In this document: positions 19,826 to 29,391 of the stretch, one piece after another
Layout of the letters: each line of letters opens with the position of its first letter
Position numbering within the stretch: the stretch's first letter is position 1
From: a virus
Taxonomy: Duplodnaviria; Caudoviricetes
IMG/VR virus record: IMGVR_UViG_3300021387_000484
Location: 1 to 64,000 of that record
Length of the DNA stretch: 64,000 nt
Direction: 5' to 3' (one strand)
The notes under the pieces: model-generated
Database searches by the model: none
Seen by the model: only the letters and a program-made list of their open reading frames with translations
What the model was told of the DNA's origin: nothing
Program-made: the position numbers and the translations under genes

Positions 19826-20905
19826 TCAGCAGACGCCGACCGCGATAAGGCAGGACAGGGGGTAGTAAACGATGACACCGGCAGTCCTCGCTTCGCAGGG
19901 GATTACGGTATCAAGGTTCCTGACCTGAATCGGATACTGGCGGAACGGCATGGGGTTCTCAAGAGAGAGCTTCCTGACATCGTTCTTGAACAGGAAAGCG
20001 ACGCCGACACCCTCGGTGGTGACGAAGCTCTGTCCGTCGACGCTGTAGGAAACGCCGGTCACGGCGTAAGGGTTGGTCTCCGGGGAATCCGCATCCAGCT
20101 CGGCAGTGGAAATGACCTCTTTGATATAAGGTGCATGGTCCAGAACGAACTTCAGGACAGTGGTGCTGGTGTCCGGGATACGGCGGGTGGAGATATCCAT
20201 ATAAACATCGGCGGGGACACACAGGGTGTCGGGGCGCTCGACGTTCTTGGTGACCTTTGCGACCTGCTTTGCCATGCCGTTGACATCGTCAAGGATTTCA
20301 TCGGCACTCTTCTCAGTCCACTTGGTCTTGCCGGTCGTGCCGCCAGCGGCGACAAGATAGAGCGGGATGTTCTGGCCTGCGGACAGAACGCCCATCAGAC
20401 CGGAGCCCTTGTCACCGGCCCATGCGATGCGGTTGATAAGGTTGTCCACCTGATAGCGGGCAGACTCACCCTTTCTTGCGTCAAGGGACTTGCCAGCCAG
20501 TCTGGAAGCGCGCATCTCCTGTGCGGAGTAGCCGTAGCTGTCGCCGATAGACTTAATCTGAGCGAAGCTGGGCTTGCCGATGACATCAGCTCTGGGCAGG
20601 TCCGTGGAGTAGTTGTCCAGAACCTTTGCCAGACCGACGTTATCGTAGGTGTAGTAGGTAATGGTCTCTGCGCCTTCGTCCGCATCAGAAGTCTGAGGGA
20701 ACAGGGACAGAGCGGTGAGCTCGGGATACTCAACGTCATAGGACTGAGCCTTGACGTGGTCCAGCTCACGTGCGAAGAACACGGACGCGTCGTCCGCGCT
20801 GTCGAATCTTGTGCCCGCAGAGGCCATGATGGTTGCGGGAATACCGGAATTGCGGAGGGCTTTCATATCAGCCCTGTCGTAGGATGTGTGTCTTCTCTTA
20901 GCCAT
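19826..20905 (-). CDS. Major capsid protein (DUF2184/linocin-like family)
   Basis: TRFDSADDASVFFARELDHV..DLPRAD..YGYSAQEMRA..PCEARTAGVIVYYP. Confidence 0.88.
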   Translation of the reverse strand: MAKRRHTSYDRADMKALRNSGIPATIMASAGTRFDSADDASVFFARELDHVKAQSYDVEYPELTALSLFPQTSDADEGAETITYYTYDNVGLAKVLDNYSTDLPRADVIGKPSFAQIKSIGDSYGYSAQEMRASRLAGKSLDARKGESARYQVDNLINRIAWAGDKGSGLMGVLSAGQNIPLYLVAAGGTTGKTKWTEKSADEILDDVNGMAKQVAKVTKNVERPDTLCVPADVYMDISTRRIPDTSTTVLKFVLDHAPYIKEVISTAELDADSPETNPYAVTGVSYSVDGQSFVTTEGVGVAFLFKNDVRKLSLENPMPFRQYPIQVRNLDTVIPCEARTAGVIVYYPLSCLIAVGVC

Positions 20906-20923
20906 AGCTTTCGCCTCCCTTCA

Positions 20924-21418
20924 TTACGCCTGTGCCTGATTGAACAGCTCAACCTCGGCAACACGGTTCGACTCGTCAACGGTCCCAAGGAAGCGCGCCT
21001 TGATGGCAACGGTGCCGGTGGAACTGTTGGTGACATATCCTGCCTGCTCACCGGACTTGATAAAGTAGACCGCATCGCCATAGGCGGGGGTCACATTGTC
21101 CGCGACGCGGCAGTAGACGCGGCCATATCTCATGATGCCAACCGGGGCACCCTTGAGGATGCGGATTTTTCCGTCAAGGTCATATTCAGTAGTCAGGTTG
21201 TTGGTGGCGACGCCTTCGAAGTCGGCGGCAGTGGAACCCGAAACGGGCTTCTTAATCTGCACGCCCTTCGCGGTACCGGAAACGACCGCGATACCGAAGG
21301 TCATGACGCCGTTCTCTTCCTCATTCTTGAGGGTGTCGATGGCATAGGGCGCAAGGTCGACGATGCCGCCCGGTACGCCAAGGGGTGTGGAATATCTGTA
21401 AGCAGTCTGTGCACTCAT
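20924..21418 (-). CDS. Capsid cement/decoration protein (Gp24-like)
   Basis: MSAQTAY..GVPGGIVD..FGIAVV..IMRYGRVYC; lies between scaffold and capsid genes. Confidence 0.75.
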   Translation of the reverse strand: MSAQTAYRYSTPLGVPGGIVDLAPYAIDTLKNEEENGVMTFGIAVVSGTAKGVQIKKPVSGSTAADFEGVATNNLTTEYDLDGKIRILKGAPVGIMRYGRVYCRVADNVTPAYGDAVYFIKSGEQAGYVTNSSTGTVAIKARFLGTVDESNRVAEVELFNQAQA

Positions 21419-21442
21419 ATTTCTGGACCTCCTCTTACTTGA

Positions 21443-23053
21443 TTATTTGCTTCTCTTCTTCTGGCGGCGCGCAATCATCCGCTGGCGTGCGTCCTCGGCA
21501 GAGTTGCCCCTTCTGCGGGAAACGGCGCGGCGGGAGTCGCGGTTGAACATCTGCTTCTTCTGGAAGCGGGTGTCCTTTCTGGTGCGTGCCTTCACATCAT
21601 CACACGCAAGGTCGAACATTGCGTTGATGTAGGTGTCGCCCTTGCCATCCAGACGGATGTTGGGGCGGACCATGCGGATGACCGCCTTCTTGGCCGCGCG
21701 CAGGGGCATATTCTCAAGGCCGTCAAGGTGGAGCTTCTCGGCGACGATGCCAAGCTTCACGCGGGTGCGGACAATCTTGTCGATGGAGTCTGCATTCATG
21801 ACCTTGGCCTCGGCCTCGGTAGTCACGGGAATGTCCTCGTCTGCGTCGTCCTCAGCAAGCTCAGGGTCGACTTCCTCGTCCTCGTCCTCTGCGTAGGGGT
21901 CAAGCTCCTCGTCCTCGTCCTCAGCATAGGGGTCAAGCTCCTCGTCCTCGTCCTCGACAAGGGCCGGGTCTTCCTCCTCGTCCTCGTCCTCTGCCAGAGT
22001 GGGGTCGACTTCCTCGTCCTCATCCTGATTCTCCTGCTCATTGGTGAAGGGGATGTCCGCATCCTCGTCGTCCTGATTCTCTTCCTCAGGCGGCAGTTCC
22101 TCGCCCTCATCGGTCTTCGCGCCCTTGAAGTCGCGCTCGGCCAGCAGAGTGTCGATGATGTCCAGAAGGGTCTGGATATCCTCGTCCTGATGCTGGATAG
22201 TCTCGTTTGCCTGTGCAAGGTCGTCCTCTTCGGCGTCGGCCTTGGCCTGCATCTTCTCGCGGATTTCCTCGGTCATCTCCTCTTCAGGGGTGACATCATC
22301 CTCGTCCTCTGTGACAGGGGGAAGGTTCAGGTCCTTCAGTTCCTCATCCTCGTCGGTATTGCCCCCCTGTCCCGCTTCGGGATGGCGGGCTCTGTACTCC
22401 TTGATGGCCTCCTTGAGCTCATCAGGGGACAGAATGCCGTCAGCGCGTCTGACGCGTCTGACTCTGCCTTTGGTTCTGGTCTTGGTTGTCTTCCTGTATC
22501 CCATTACTGATACTCCTTTCTTTTCTGCGCCCTTGCCGTCTATGTTCAGCCGGGCCTGCTCTCCTGCCCTCGCCTCCCTAACAAGGGCAAGGTGGTTGAT
22601 ACGGATGTTCCGCTGTATCGCGTCGTATTTTTCACCGTTCCACACGCCCGGTGTCTCATCAAGGTCAAGGTTATAGCCAAGAGAGAGTTCCTTGAGCCCG
22701 CTTGCCTTCATCTCATCCGTGTCGTGGATGACGATTTTGGCGCGGACGTTCTCCCCGTCCTTGAAGCCTTTGCTCAGGATGGTCCCTATCTCGTTCTCGG
22801 CTACGTTGTCCTTGGTGATGAGTCCCGCGTCATGGCTTATGATGATGGGGGACCCCTCATAAGACGCAAGGCTTTCCTTTGAAAATACCTCCTCGGGGAG
22901 GCGGAGTTCCTTTCGGACGGACCCGTCCGGGTTCGAGTACTCGAAAATGCCCGTGCAAGTCAGTATAGGAGTGTCCATAAGGAATCCCTCTGGCGTAAAG
23001 GAAGCCCTTGTTATCGGCATGCTGTCGAGTCTAATGACCCTCTTGAGTTTCAT
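21443..23053 (-). CDS. DUF2213 prohead protease/scaffold
   Basis: TPEGFL..GIFEY..ELRLPEEVF..KELSLGY..IRINHLALVREARAG, followed by an acidic scaffold region and a basic C-terminal helix. Confidence 0.88.
   Translation of the reverse strand: MKLKRVIRLDSMPITRASFTPEGFLMDTPILTCTGIFEYSNPDGSVRKELRLPEEVFSKESLASYEGSPIIISHDAGLITKDNVAENEIGTILSKGFKDGENVRAKIVIHDTDEMKASGLKELSLGYNLDLDETPGVWNGEKYDAIQRNIRINHLALVREARAGEQARLNIDGKGAEKKGVSVMGYRKTTKTRTKGRVRRVRRADGILSPDELKEAIKEYRARHPEAGQGGNTDEDEELKDLNLPPVTEDEDDVTPEEEMTEEIREKMQAKADAEEDDLAQANETIQHQDEDIQTLLDIIDTLLAERDFKGAKTDEGEELPPEEENQDDEDADIPFTNEQENQDEDEEVDPTLAEDEDEEEDPALVEDEDEELDPYAEDEDEELDPYAEDEDEEVDPELAEDDADEDIPVTTEAEAKVMNADSIDKIVRTRVKLGIVAEKLHLDGLENMPLRAAKKAVIRMVRPNIRLDGKGDTYINAMFDLACDDVKARTRKDTRFQKKQMFNRDSRRAVSRRRGNSAEDARQRMIARRQKKRSK
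21863..22025 (-). repeat. About five tandem 33-39 bp repeats encoding EDEDEE(L/V/E)DP(Y/A/T/E)
   Basis: gggtc(a/g)a..ctcctcgtcctcgtcctc units visible on the plus strand. Confidence 0.85.
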
Positions 23054-23349
23054 TCATCTTCCTCCCCCGGTGGGCCGTCCGGTTCATCTTCGCCCAAAAC
23101 GTCCGTCAGCTCTCCCGGGCCGAAAGCCTCGTCGACGTTATCGGCGTCACCCTCTGTCACCACCTGTGTGAGGTCGAGCGCAAGTATCTGGACGTGCGCC
23201 ACCTCATCGAGCAGGAAGGACTCGTAGTTTTCGCAGACCATAGGTCTTACCTCGTGCATGGCGGTAATGCCCTCGGCAAGTTCCTTTATCCGCTCCGCCG
23301 CCGCCTCCAACTGCTGGCTCAGGTTGATAATCACATCTTCGTTCGTCAT
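23050..23349 (-). CDS. Acidic hypothetical protein upstream of DUF2213
   Basis: AAGGAG RBS; ATGA overlap with DUF2213. Confidence 0.65.
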   Translation of the reverse strand: MTNEDVIINLSQQLEAAAERIKELAEGITAMHEVRPMVCENYESFLLDEVAHVQILALDLTQVVTEGDADNVDEAFGPGELTDVLGEDEPDGPPGEEDE

Positions 23350-23451
23350 TGCATTCTCCTTTCACCGCTGGGTCCGTTCGCAGTTGCATGGGGGAGAATC
23401 ACGCCCCCTGATAGCACCTTTCATAGGCTTTCCCTCCCTGATTTTGGGCAA

Positions 23452-23483
23452 CAAAAAAGCACCGGACCTGCCGATGCTCTTTT
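23452..23483 (-). terminator. Rho-independent terminator
   Basis: gcatcgg-caggt-ccggtgc followed by TTTTTT. Confidence 0.65.
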
Positions 23484-23490
23484 AAGCTGT

Positions 23491-23640
23491 TTATTTCTTG
23501 TTTCCCTTGGGCTTGTCACAGCCCTTGCCGTCCTTGTTCTTCTTTTCTTTGTCCTGTTCGTCGGGCATGTTCAACGGGTATCTGGGTGTATTCGCTTTGG
23601 TCTCATCCAAAAAGAACCCGCCGTCCTTTGTCTTTGGCAC
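23491..23640 (-). CDS. Unannotated 49-aa protein (MPKTKDGGFFLDETKANTPRYPLNMP...), candidate partner of the upstream JAB protein
   Basis: Strong AGGAGGTGA RBS before a GTG at 23640; stop at 23491-23493; terminator follows. Confidence 0.55.
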   Translation of the reverse strand: MPKTKDGGFFLDETKANTPRYPLNMPDEQDKEKKNKDGKGCDKPKGNKK

Positions 23641-23644
23641 TCAA

Positions 23645-24457
23645 TCACCTCCTTGTCACCGTATACTGGAATCCGTACTTCTGTGCTTTTTCCTTTAACC
23701 ACTTGTCCCTCATCTCACCAAGCTTGCCGTTCAAACGGTCGCATTCCTTGTCGAATTCGTCTTTCGTGAGAAGCCCTTCCATGTACAGCTTCTCGATAGG
23801 GAAGTATTCCTTGTCCACATCATTTTTGTGTTTTGCCTGCGCATACGCATAGTCCTGCGCGAAATACTCAGACTCTGGGAATTCACCGTCCATGCGCGCA
23901 AGTTCATAGTCCGCTTTATCGGAAGTGGCGCGAATGGAAGCAAGGTTCGCATGTACAAGAAGGTTCAGGTCCTCTGTGCTGAACGTGGTCCCGCTCGGAT
24001 GGTTGTGCGTCAGGTTCGCCCCGTTCATCTTCGCCACCTGCTCCGCCGTGAACGCCACTTGGCTTTTATGTCCTTGGCTCTCCTTGAACAGGACGTTCCC
24101 ATCTGCCTCTATGACATAAGCCGACTCCGTCTTGTTGCTTCGAATGCCCTTTTCGACATTTTCTAGCGATGTCCTGTACTCAGGGCTTACTCCCGCGCCC
24201 TTGACGAGTTTTGGTACACTGGCCTTGCCGGTCGCCTTTTTAGTGGACCTCGCCCGGGAAAAATCTTTCCCCTTTGCCCAGCCCCCTGCGCCGCCAATCG
24301 CCATGCCTTGGGAGTTTAACGGGACATGTTCCCCATTGCTCTTGAGAGTAATCCAGCTGTCTGGCTCCTCTGAATAGGTCCCCTTGGCGTCCATCCGTCT
24401 TTTCCGAAGCGAATGTCTTATCCGCACAAGGGACCGGTCCATTGATAATCTGTCCAT
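23645..24457 (-). CDS. Tagged cargo protein with JAB/MPN-like metalloprotease domain
   Basis: Leader LVRIRHSLRKRRMD plus WITLKSNGEHVPL tag; ESAYV...THNHPSGTTFSTEDL matches the JAB E..HxH..S..D motif. Confidence 0.75.
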   Translation of the reverse strand: MDRLSMDRSLVRIRHSLRKRRMDAKGTYSEEPDSWITLKSNGEHVPLNSQGMAIGGAGGWAKGKDFSRARSTKKATGKASVPKLVKGAGVSPEYRTSLENVEKGIRSNKTESAYVIEADGNVLFKESQGHKSQVAFTAEQVAKMNGANLTHNHPSGTTFSTEDLNLLVHANLASIRATSDKADYELARMDGEFPESEYFAQDYAYAQAKHKNDVDKEYFPIEKLYMEGLLTKDEFDKECDRLNGKLGEMRDKWLKEKAQKYGFQYTVTRR

Positions 24458-24470
24458 AGGTCTGCCCCAC

Positions 24471-24498
24471 TAAAAAAGCAGGGCCGATACCCCGCTTT
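24471..24498 (-). terminator. Rho-independent terminator
   Basis: aaagcgggg-tatcg-gccctgcttttt on the minus strand. Confidence 0.65.
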
Positions 24499-24516
24499 CC
24501 TTCTTTTACAATGTTG

Positions 24517-24810
24517 TCAGAATGTCGGCGGTGGTACCTTTTCCGCAAGCGGTATGGAACGTCCTTTCAGGGAAGACCGCTCTACCACCTTCCCTTCCCA
24601 CGTGTAATATGGGTCTTTCATGTCGGGATAGTCCTCTTTGAGAAAGTACTGCCCTGCCATTTCCTGCATGACATAACACTCAAACGAATGCTTATCTTCA
24701 TCGGTAGCTGTTGGTTTTAATCTGAGGTTGAATGTGTCATCCACAGGTCCGCGCTTATCAACAACTGCCAGTTTCTTCCCCCATCTCGTCTGAGGAGCCA
24801 TTCCTATCAT
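24517..24810 (-). CDS. Small paralog family member 1 (DPYYTWEGKVVER), candidate immunity protein
   Basis: Clear paralog of 32913-33182 and 40945-41244; overlaps the stop of the upstream zincin gene. Confidence 0.7.
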   Translation of the reverse strand: MIGMAPQTRWGKKLAVVDKRGPVDDTFNLRLKPTATDEDKHSFECYVMQEMAGQYFLKEDYPDMKDPYYTWEGKVVERSSLKGRSIPLAEKVPPPTF

Positions 24811-26582
24811 CCTAGCCCAACCTCCTTAATAATCTCATTCATTACATCACGCACTGCCAAAGCCACTTCATTCGGGGTGTCTGAACACCTTGCCATCGCC
24901 ATTGCCTCCGCAAGGAATTCAGTATTTCTGCCATATGACGCAATCTCCTTGATTTTTCCTGTCTTCCAGCTTTTTTGGCATCCCCTATTATTTCCTGAAT
25001 AATTGCTTATCGACTCTCTGACTTCCTGCTCTTTTGCCTTTGAGTAACTGCCGTACAATTTTTCTTGCACACGTTTCATGACAGTGTTGGAAAGTCTGCC
25101 ATCATCGAAGTATATACCCTTCCATTTAGCGGCTTCCATGATGACTTTCTCCATGGCATGCGTAAATTCATGGTCAATAACAGACTTGAAGTCTGTGCCT
25201 TTGGGATGGTGCCCGCTTGAAACGTCCTTTTCATACGCCTTTTTTGCATTATTTCTATACTTTGCGGAAACATTTGCGGGATTCCCGTAAAACCCTTCCG
25301 CAAAACTCAGGTGCGTACCATAGGCATACCCATATGTTCCACTAAAGTCCCTATGGTCTGTCTTCTGGTCTTCATAGAAATCATGGCAGTCCATTCCGCT
25401 AAGTTTTCCCTTGAGAAATGGGAAGTCATCAAAGAATTTCTCTGCCTGCGCACCCATAGCCTTTGCGTTTTCAGGCTTCATCTTGGAGATGTCCACGCCT
25501 AAATCGTTAAATAAAACGCTTTTATTTTGGTCTCCAAAGAAACCTTTTGCTCTGAGGTAATCAGTTACTTCTTCCGACGTTTCGCATTCACTTGCAGAAC
25601 CAAACGCTTTCAGCACAGCTTCATTTCTGGCCTTTGCCGCTTCTTCATATTCTTGTTCGAAAGTCCATGAGTCAATGCTCTTGCCCTGCCCGTGCTGTTC
25701 TATCAAATCTTTTTTCTTTTTAAGGAAGGCTACTTCCCTGTTTTCTTTATCCAAGTCGCTTTTAAATTCTTCGACGTTCATTCGCGAAGTAAGCTCTGTA
25801 AGCGCCTCATTTCTCTCTTTCTTTACTGCCTCCAGCCGTTCACGTTTCTTCTTGGCCTCTTCTGCGTCTGCTTCATGCTCATGGAACATCATCCATGTCT
25901 CCAGTTGCATCCATTCCGTTTTTGTGTCACGGCATATCTTTTCAAGCTCATCGTTTGTCTTGTCTGTCTTATGCCCCTCCAGAATCTTTTCAGCCTTATC
26001 AAGCTTCTTTTGGATAGATTTTGCTTTCTTTTCGGTTTTCGAAAGTTTGTCCTCTACATCCGCTCTCTCGGCTTCGATATCCTTTCCTTCCAATTCTCGT
26101 GCCGCATTTATCTTTTGCAGTATATCACGGCAGTTATCGGACTCCTTCTTTGCGGCTGTTTTAAGTTCTGCTTTTACCGATGAAGTAGTCCCGCCTGATG
26201 GCTTGTCCTCTCCTGCGCCAGCCTTCTTTTTGGAAGTCCTCTTAGCGTTTGAAAAGCTCTTACCCTTGGCCCATCCACCGGCGCCCCCTATGGCCACGCC
26301 GTTCTCATCCAAAGGTACGTGCTCGCCGTTGCTCTTTAAGGTTATCCAGCTGTCGGGCTCCGTGGTATATGGCCCGCCCTTTGCGTCACATCGCCTTTTC
26401 CTGAGGTCATGCCGTATACGGACAATGTCCCTCTCATCCTCTATTATTATAGCATATCCGTTTGTGGTGTCAATTCTGGTTTTGCCTTTTATATGCGTTT
26501 CCGAATGTTTCTGTTCAAGCTTGTCTCTCATTGCCTGACGCACACGGATGGCGGCTATCTTCACTTTCGCGCTGTTGTTCAT
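24807..26582 (-). CDS. Tagged cargo protein: coiled coil plus zincin metallopeptidase
   Basis: Leader IVRIRHDLRKRRCD plus WITLKSNGEHVPL; HEFTH ... EFLAEA. Confidence 0.75.
   Translation of the reverse strand: MNNSAKVKIAAIRVRQAMRDKLEQKHSETHIKGKTRIDTTNGYAIIIEDERDIVRIRHDLRKRRCDAKGGPYTTEPDSWITLKSNGEHVPLDENGVAIGGAGGWAKGKSFSNAKRTSKKKAGAGEDKPSGGTTSSVKAELKTAAKKESDNCRDILQKINAARELEGKDIEAERADVEDKLSKTEKKAKSIQKKLDKAEKILEGHKTDKTNDELEKICRDTKTEWMQLETWMMFHEHEADAEEAKKKRERLEAVKKERNEALTELTSRMNVEEFKSDLDKENREVAFLKKKKDLIEQHGQGKSIDSWTFEQEYEEAAKARNEAVLKAFGSASECETSEEVTDYLRAKGFFGDQNKSVLFNDLGVDISKMKPENAKAMGAQAEKFFDDFPFLKGKLSGMDCHDFYEDQKTDHRDFSGTYGYAYGTHLSFAEGFYGNPANVSAKYRNNAKKAYEKDVSSGHHPKGTDFKSVIDHEFTHAMEKVIMEAAKWKGIYFDDGRLSNTVMKRVQEKLYGSYSKAKEQEVRESISNYSGNNRGCQKSWKTGKIKEIASYGRNTEFLAEAMAMARCSDTPNEVALAVRDVMNEIIKEVGLG
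26446..26473 (-). promoter_or_regulatory. Sigma-A-type promoter embedded in coding sequence
   Basis: TTGACA-N16-TATAAT with a TGn extension, encoded as IDTTNGYAII. Confidence 0.6.
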
Positions 26583-26587
26583 GGCCC

Positions 26588-27736
26588 TTATCCTCCCGTG
26601 TACTTGAATTTACCCGGCTCCTGCCTGATGATTACGACTTTGAGCTTATGATATTTTATTCCGTATTTTTCATCCTTTTTTATTTCGTGCCCAATGACCT
26701 GCACCGTGCACCCTCTTTGGAGAAGCATTTCACATTCATTTGAAATCATATCCTGCCCGGATTTTCCATCCCAGCCTCTGCGGTCGCCGAACCCGTGTGC
26801 TGAAAATGGCTCACAGTACAGACCCTTAGTGCCAGCAGGTGCAAGTATCTCCATGTCAACAAAATCATGTAAACCCGTGCCCCTTGCGGCGCCACAGCTC
26901 ATAAAGCCGTTGTCTGTCCCGATACGTCCTACTAACGATATGTCCTCTTTGTCCGTGCGTGCCAGACACCCCTCCGGGAGTCCAAACATTTTTTCAGCGC
27001 CTCCCCATTCTATTCCCCTGAAGAAAACAGTGTCCTTTTCTATTACCGACTTGTCCAAAACTTCGGTAATGTCCTGTATTTTCTGGGCCACATAGTAGTC
27101 ATCAGCTTCACCGGTTCTAAGAGCACCGTTTATATCTTCGTAATCAAATTTAGTATATTCAAACAGTGCATCCTTCTGCTGGTCCGTGCACTCCTGCCAT
27201 ATCTTTGATGTTTTGGAACGATATCTATTGTCAGCGTCTTTTCTGGTTTCTGCCACTTCTGCCTTTGTAAAGGTTTCCGTGGTAATGCCCATTGCCTTTT
27301 TGTCATCACGGGTGAGCTCGTGGTTCGTTTTAGACTTGCTGGGCAATAACACCTTTGCTGTCTGGCCCGGCTCAAACTTCCTTATTTCGCCTGTTTCCTT
27401 GCAGGCAAAAGTCATTTTGCCTGCGTCGTGAACAGTAAAGTGTTTCCCATCCCCGTCAAGGATGATGACATCGGCACTCTTACTGGCAGTGACAATCTCT
27501 TGCTTCCCCAGAGGATGCGCCTTCATGGATTCCTTGCGCTTCTTGCTGATAGCCGTAAGGTCTTTGCCACTTGTCTTGCGATTATGCTTTCCGTTGCCCT
27601 CTTCAGACCCACCTATCTTCCCGGGGCGCCCTGCATGCCCCCAGTTACCAGAACCCGGCCCCCCGTCCATTCTGCGGTTATGTAGGGAACGCCTGATACG
27701 CTTTATATCCTTCTCTATGGCTTTTATCCTGACCAC
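26588..27736 (-). CDS. Tagged ADP-ribosyltransferase (VIP2/C2-like R-S-E class), paralog 1
   Basis: RIRRSLHNRRMD plus GGPGSGNWGHAGRPG; YT..INGALR, FFRG, FMSC, ECEMLLQRG. Confidence 0.85.
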   Translation of the reverse strand: MVRIKAIEKDIKRIRRSLHNRRMDGGPGSGNWGHAGRPGKIGGSEEGNGKHNRKTSGKDLTAISKKRKESMKAHPLGKQEIVTASKSADVIILDGDGKHFTVHDAGKMTFACKETGEIRKFEPGQTAKVLLPSKSKTNHELTRDDKKAMGITTETFTKAEVAETRKDADNRYRSKTSKIWQECTDQQKDALFEYTKFDYEDINGALRTGEADDYYVAQKIQDITEVLDKSVIEKDTVFFRGIEWGGAEKMFGLPEGCLARTDKEDISLVGRIGTDNGFMSCGAARGTGLHDFVDMEILAPAGTKGLYCEPFSAHGFGDRRGWDGKSGQDMISNECEMLLQRGCTVQVIGHEIKKDEKYGIKYHKLKVVIIRQEPGKFKYTGG

Positions 27737-27762
27737 CTTTCATCCCCCACTTTCTATTCGTA

Positions 27763-28983
27763 TCACTCCGTTTGCTTCCTTTTTTTGGAATACTCTGAAG
27801 CGTCAGGGTCCTGCCTTATCAGGGCAACCTTCAACTTGTGTTGCTTTATCCCCAGTTCATTTACCGCTATCTCATGTCCTATGACTTGGAACGTACATCC
27901 TCTCTGTAAAAGGATTTCGCACTCAGGGGAAATGGCTTTTTGGCTTGATTCCCCATCCCAGTCGAACCCGTCCCCTAATCCATTCTTGGAAAAAGGCTCA
28001 CAATACAATCCCTTCGTGCCTTTCGGTGCAAATATCTCAAGGCTAACATGTGATAGTGTGGAAAATCCTGTTCCTACAGCGGCGCCCGTACTGACAAAGC
28101 CATCATCTGTGCCAATGCGCCCGACCATGGAAATATTCTCTTCTGATACACTTCCCGACAGATATCCTTTAGGAAGTCCAAACAATTTCTCTGCACCGTC
28201 TTTGCTTAACCCCCTATGAAGCACAACATCTCTATCGAATTCCGACCTATTCAGTGCCTCTGTGATTTCGTCAATCGGCTCACTCATGCCCCCGTAATCC
28301 GCTTCTCCTTCTCTAATAGTGCTGTTAACCATCCTGTAGCCAAGGTCGGTATACCAATTTAGACTTCTCTTTGTTTTTTCTGGGCTTTGTTTCCAGACCT
28401 CTCCCGCCTGTTTTCTATATGCATCGTCCGCTTCATTCACGTCCTTAGGGTTGAACGCTTTCCCTATCTTCTGAAGGCTCATGGCCATAGTGGCTTTGTC
28501 TTCCTTTGTAAGCTTATAGTTTGGGTTTTTTATCTCCCCTGAGTCTTTTGGAATGACGACACGTGCTTTTTGGCCAATAAACTCTTTCATAAAGAACCCC
28601 GGCGCACTGGTACCGGTTGTTTCACGCATCCAGCCATGTTTTTCGCGAACAAAGATTTCATCTCCCACGAAGATTTTCGAGCCTGTGATTTTTTTAGCCT
28701 TGTCCATATCTTCTTGTGTGAGCCCGTGCGGCTTTGCAAGCTGTTTGCGCGCCTTTTCAGCTTCTTTTATTGCTTTTGAATGTTCTTGCGAAAAAGATGT
28801 ATAACCGCCTTCTTTTTTTGTCTGGCGATTATGCTTACCGCCACCTTCGCCTGAACCGCCCACTTCCCCCGGGCGCCCCTCGTGCCCCCAGTTGCCTGAC
28901 CCGGGACCACCATCAAAGCGTCTTTTCTTCAAGGAGCGGCGTATCCTTAGAATGCTTTTCTCCATGCTTTTTCTGCTTATCAT
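27763..28983 (-). CDS. Tagged ADP-ribosyltransferase, paralog 2
   Basis: RIRRSLKKRRFD plus GGPGSGNWGHEGRPG; LHRG, FVST, ECEILLQRG. Confidence 0.85.
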   Translation of the reverse strand: MISRKSMEKSILRIRRSLKKRRFDGGPGSGNWGHEGRPGEVGGSGEGGGKHNRQTKKEGGYTSFSQEHSKAIKEAEKARKQLAKPHGLTQEDMDKAKKITGSKIFVGDEIFVREKHGWMRETTGTSAPGFFMKEFIGQKARVVIPKDSGEIKNPNYKLTKEDKATMAMSLQKIGKAFNPKDVNEADDAYRKQAGEVWKQSPEKTKRSLNWYTDLGYRMVNSTIREGEADYGGMSEPIDEITEALNRSEFDRDVVLHRGLSKDGAEKLFGLPKGYLSGSVSEENISMVGRIGTDDGFVSTGAAVGTGFSTLSHVSLEIFAPKGTKGLYCEPFSKNGLGDGFDWDGESSQKAISPECEILLQRGCTFQVIGHEIAVNELGIKQHKLKVALIRQDPDASEYSKKRKQTE

Positions 28984-29007
28984 GTGTTTGCTCCCGTTTC
29001 ATGCAAT

Positions 29008-29040
29008 GAAAAAGGACCAGCCTCATCAGCTAGTCCTTCC
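29008..29040 (-). terminator. Rho-independent terminator after the small Cys gene
   Basis: aaggactagc-tgatgag-gctggtcctt followed by a T run. Confidence 0.7.
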
Positions 29041-29059
29041 TTCGACGGGCGTTCCCGTC

Positions 29060-29314
29060 TCATTCATCATCGTCTTCGCGCAGGTAGTACATGCAGTCCT
29101 TACCGTCAAGCAGTATGGACGGCGGCTTTATGGTGTACGCATCACACGTACCCAGTACCGCGCCGTTCACGGCATCCTTGCCCTTGCCTATGTCCTTTGC
29201 CCTGTACATGCAGTCCTTACAGACCACCTTGTCCACTTCAGGAAACCTGAGCGGGCTTACCGCATCCGGTGCAAGCCTCGGGTTTACCTTTGCCTTTTTC
29301 TTATCCGTTGCCAT
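29060..29314 (-). CDS. Small Cys-rich protein (CKDC..C..C), candidate ART immunity protein
   Basis: Has its own promoter and terminator; sits amid the ART genes; start MATDKK after GGAG. Confidence 0.65.
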   Translation of the reverse strand: MATDKKKAKVNPRLAPDAVSPLRFPEVDKVVCKDCMYRAKDIGKGKDAVNGAVLGTCDAYTIKPPSILLDGKDCMYYLREDDDE

Positions 29315-29355
29315 ATCTTCTCCCCTTCCCATATAAGGTCACTTACTGCGCCTCT

Positions 29356-29383
29356 ATCGTATCATGGCACATGGAAGTGTCAA
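29356..29383 (-). promoter_or_regulatory. Sigma-A-type promoter for the small Cys gene
   Basis: TTGACA-N16-TACGAT with a TGn extension in the intergenic gap. Confidence 0.65.
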
Positions 29384-29391
29384 TAACCCTG

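Noticed and set aside
19663-19878. Capsid C-terminal extension by frameshift or readthrough
   Set aside because: A hairpin follows the stop, but there is no slippery site and the alternative frame is not protein-like.
19577-21442. 621-aa plus-strand ORF
   Set aside because: It is the antisense shadow of the capsid and cement genes, expected from codon bias, and has no recognisable motifs.
21863-22025. Short direct repeats resembling a CRISPR array
   Set aside because: They are in-frame coding repeats without unique spacers, and no cas genes are present.
23350-23450. Possible tRNA/ncRNA or 20-codon leader peptide upstream of the scaffold operon
   Set aside because: Only a short ggggg/ccccc hairpin is present, with no cloverleaf or recognisable family; support is insufficient.
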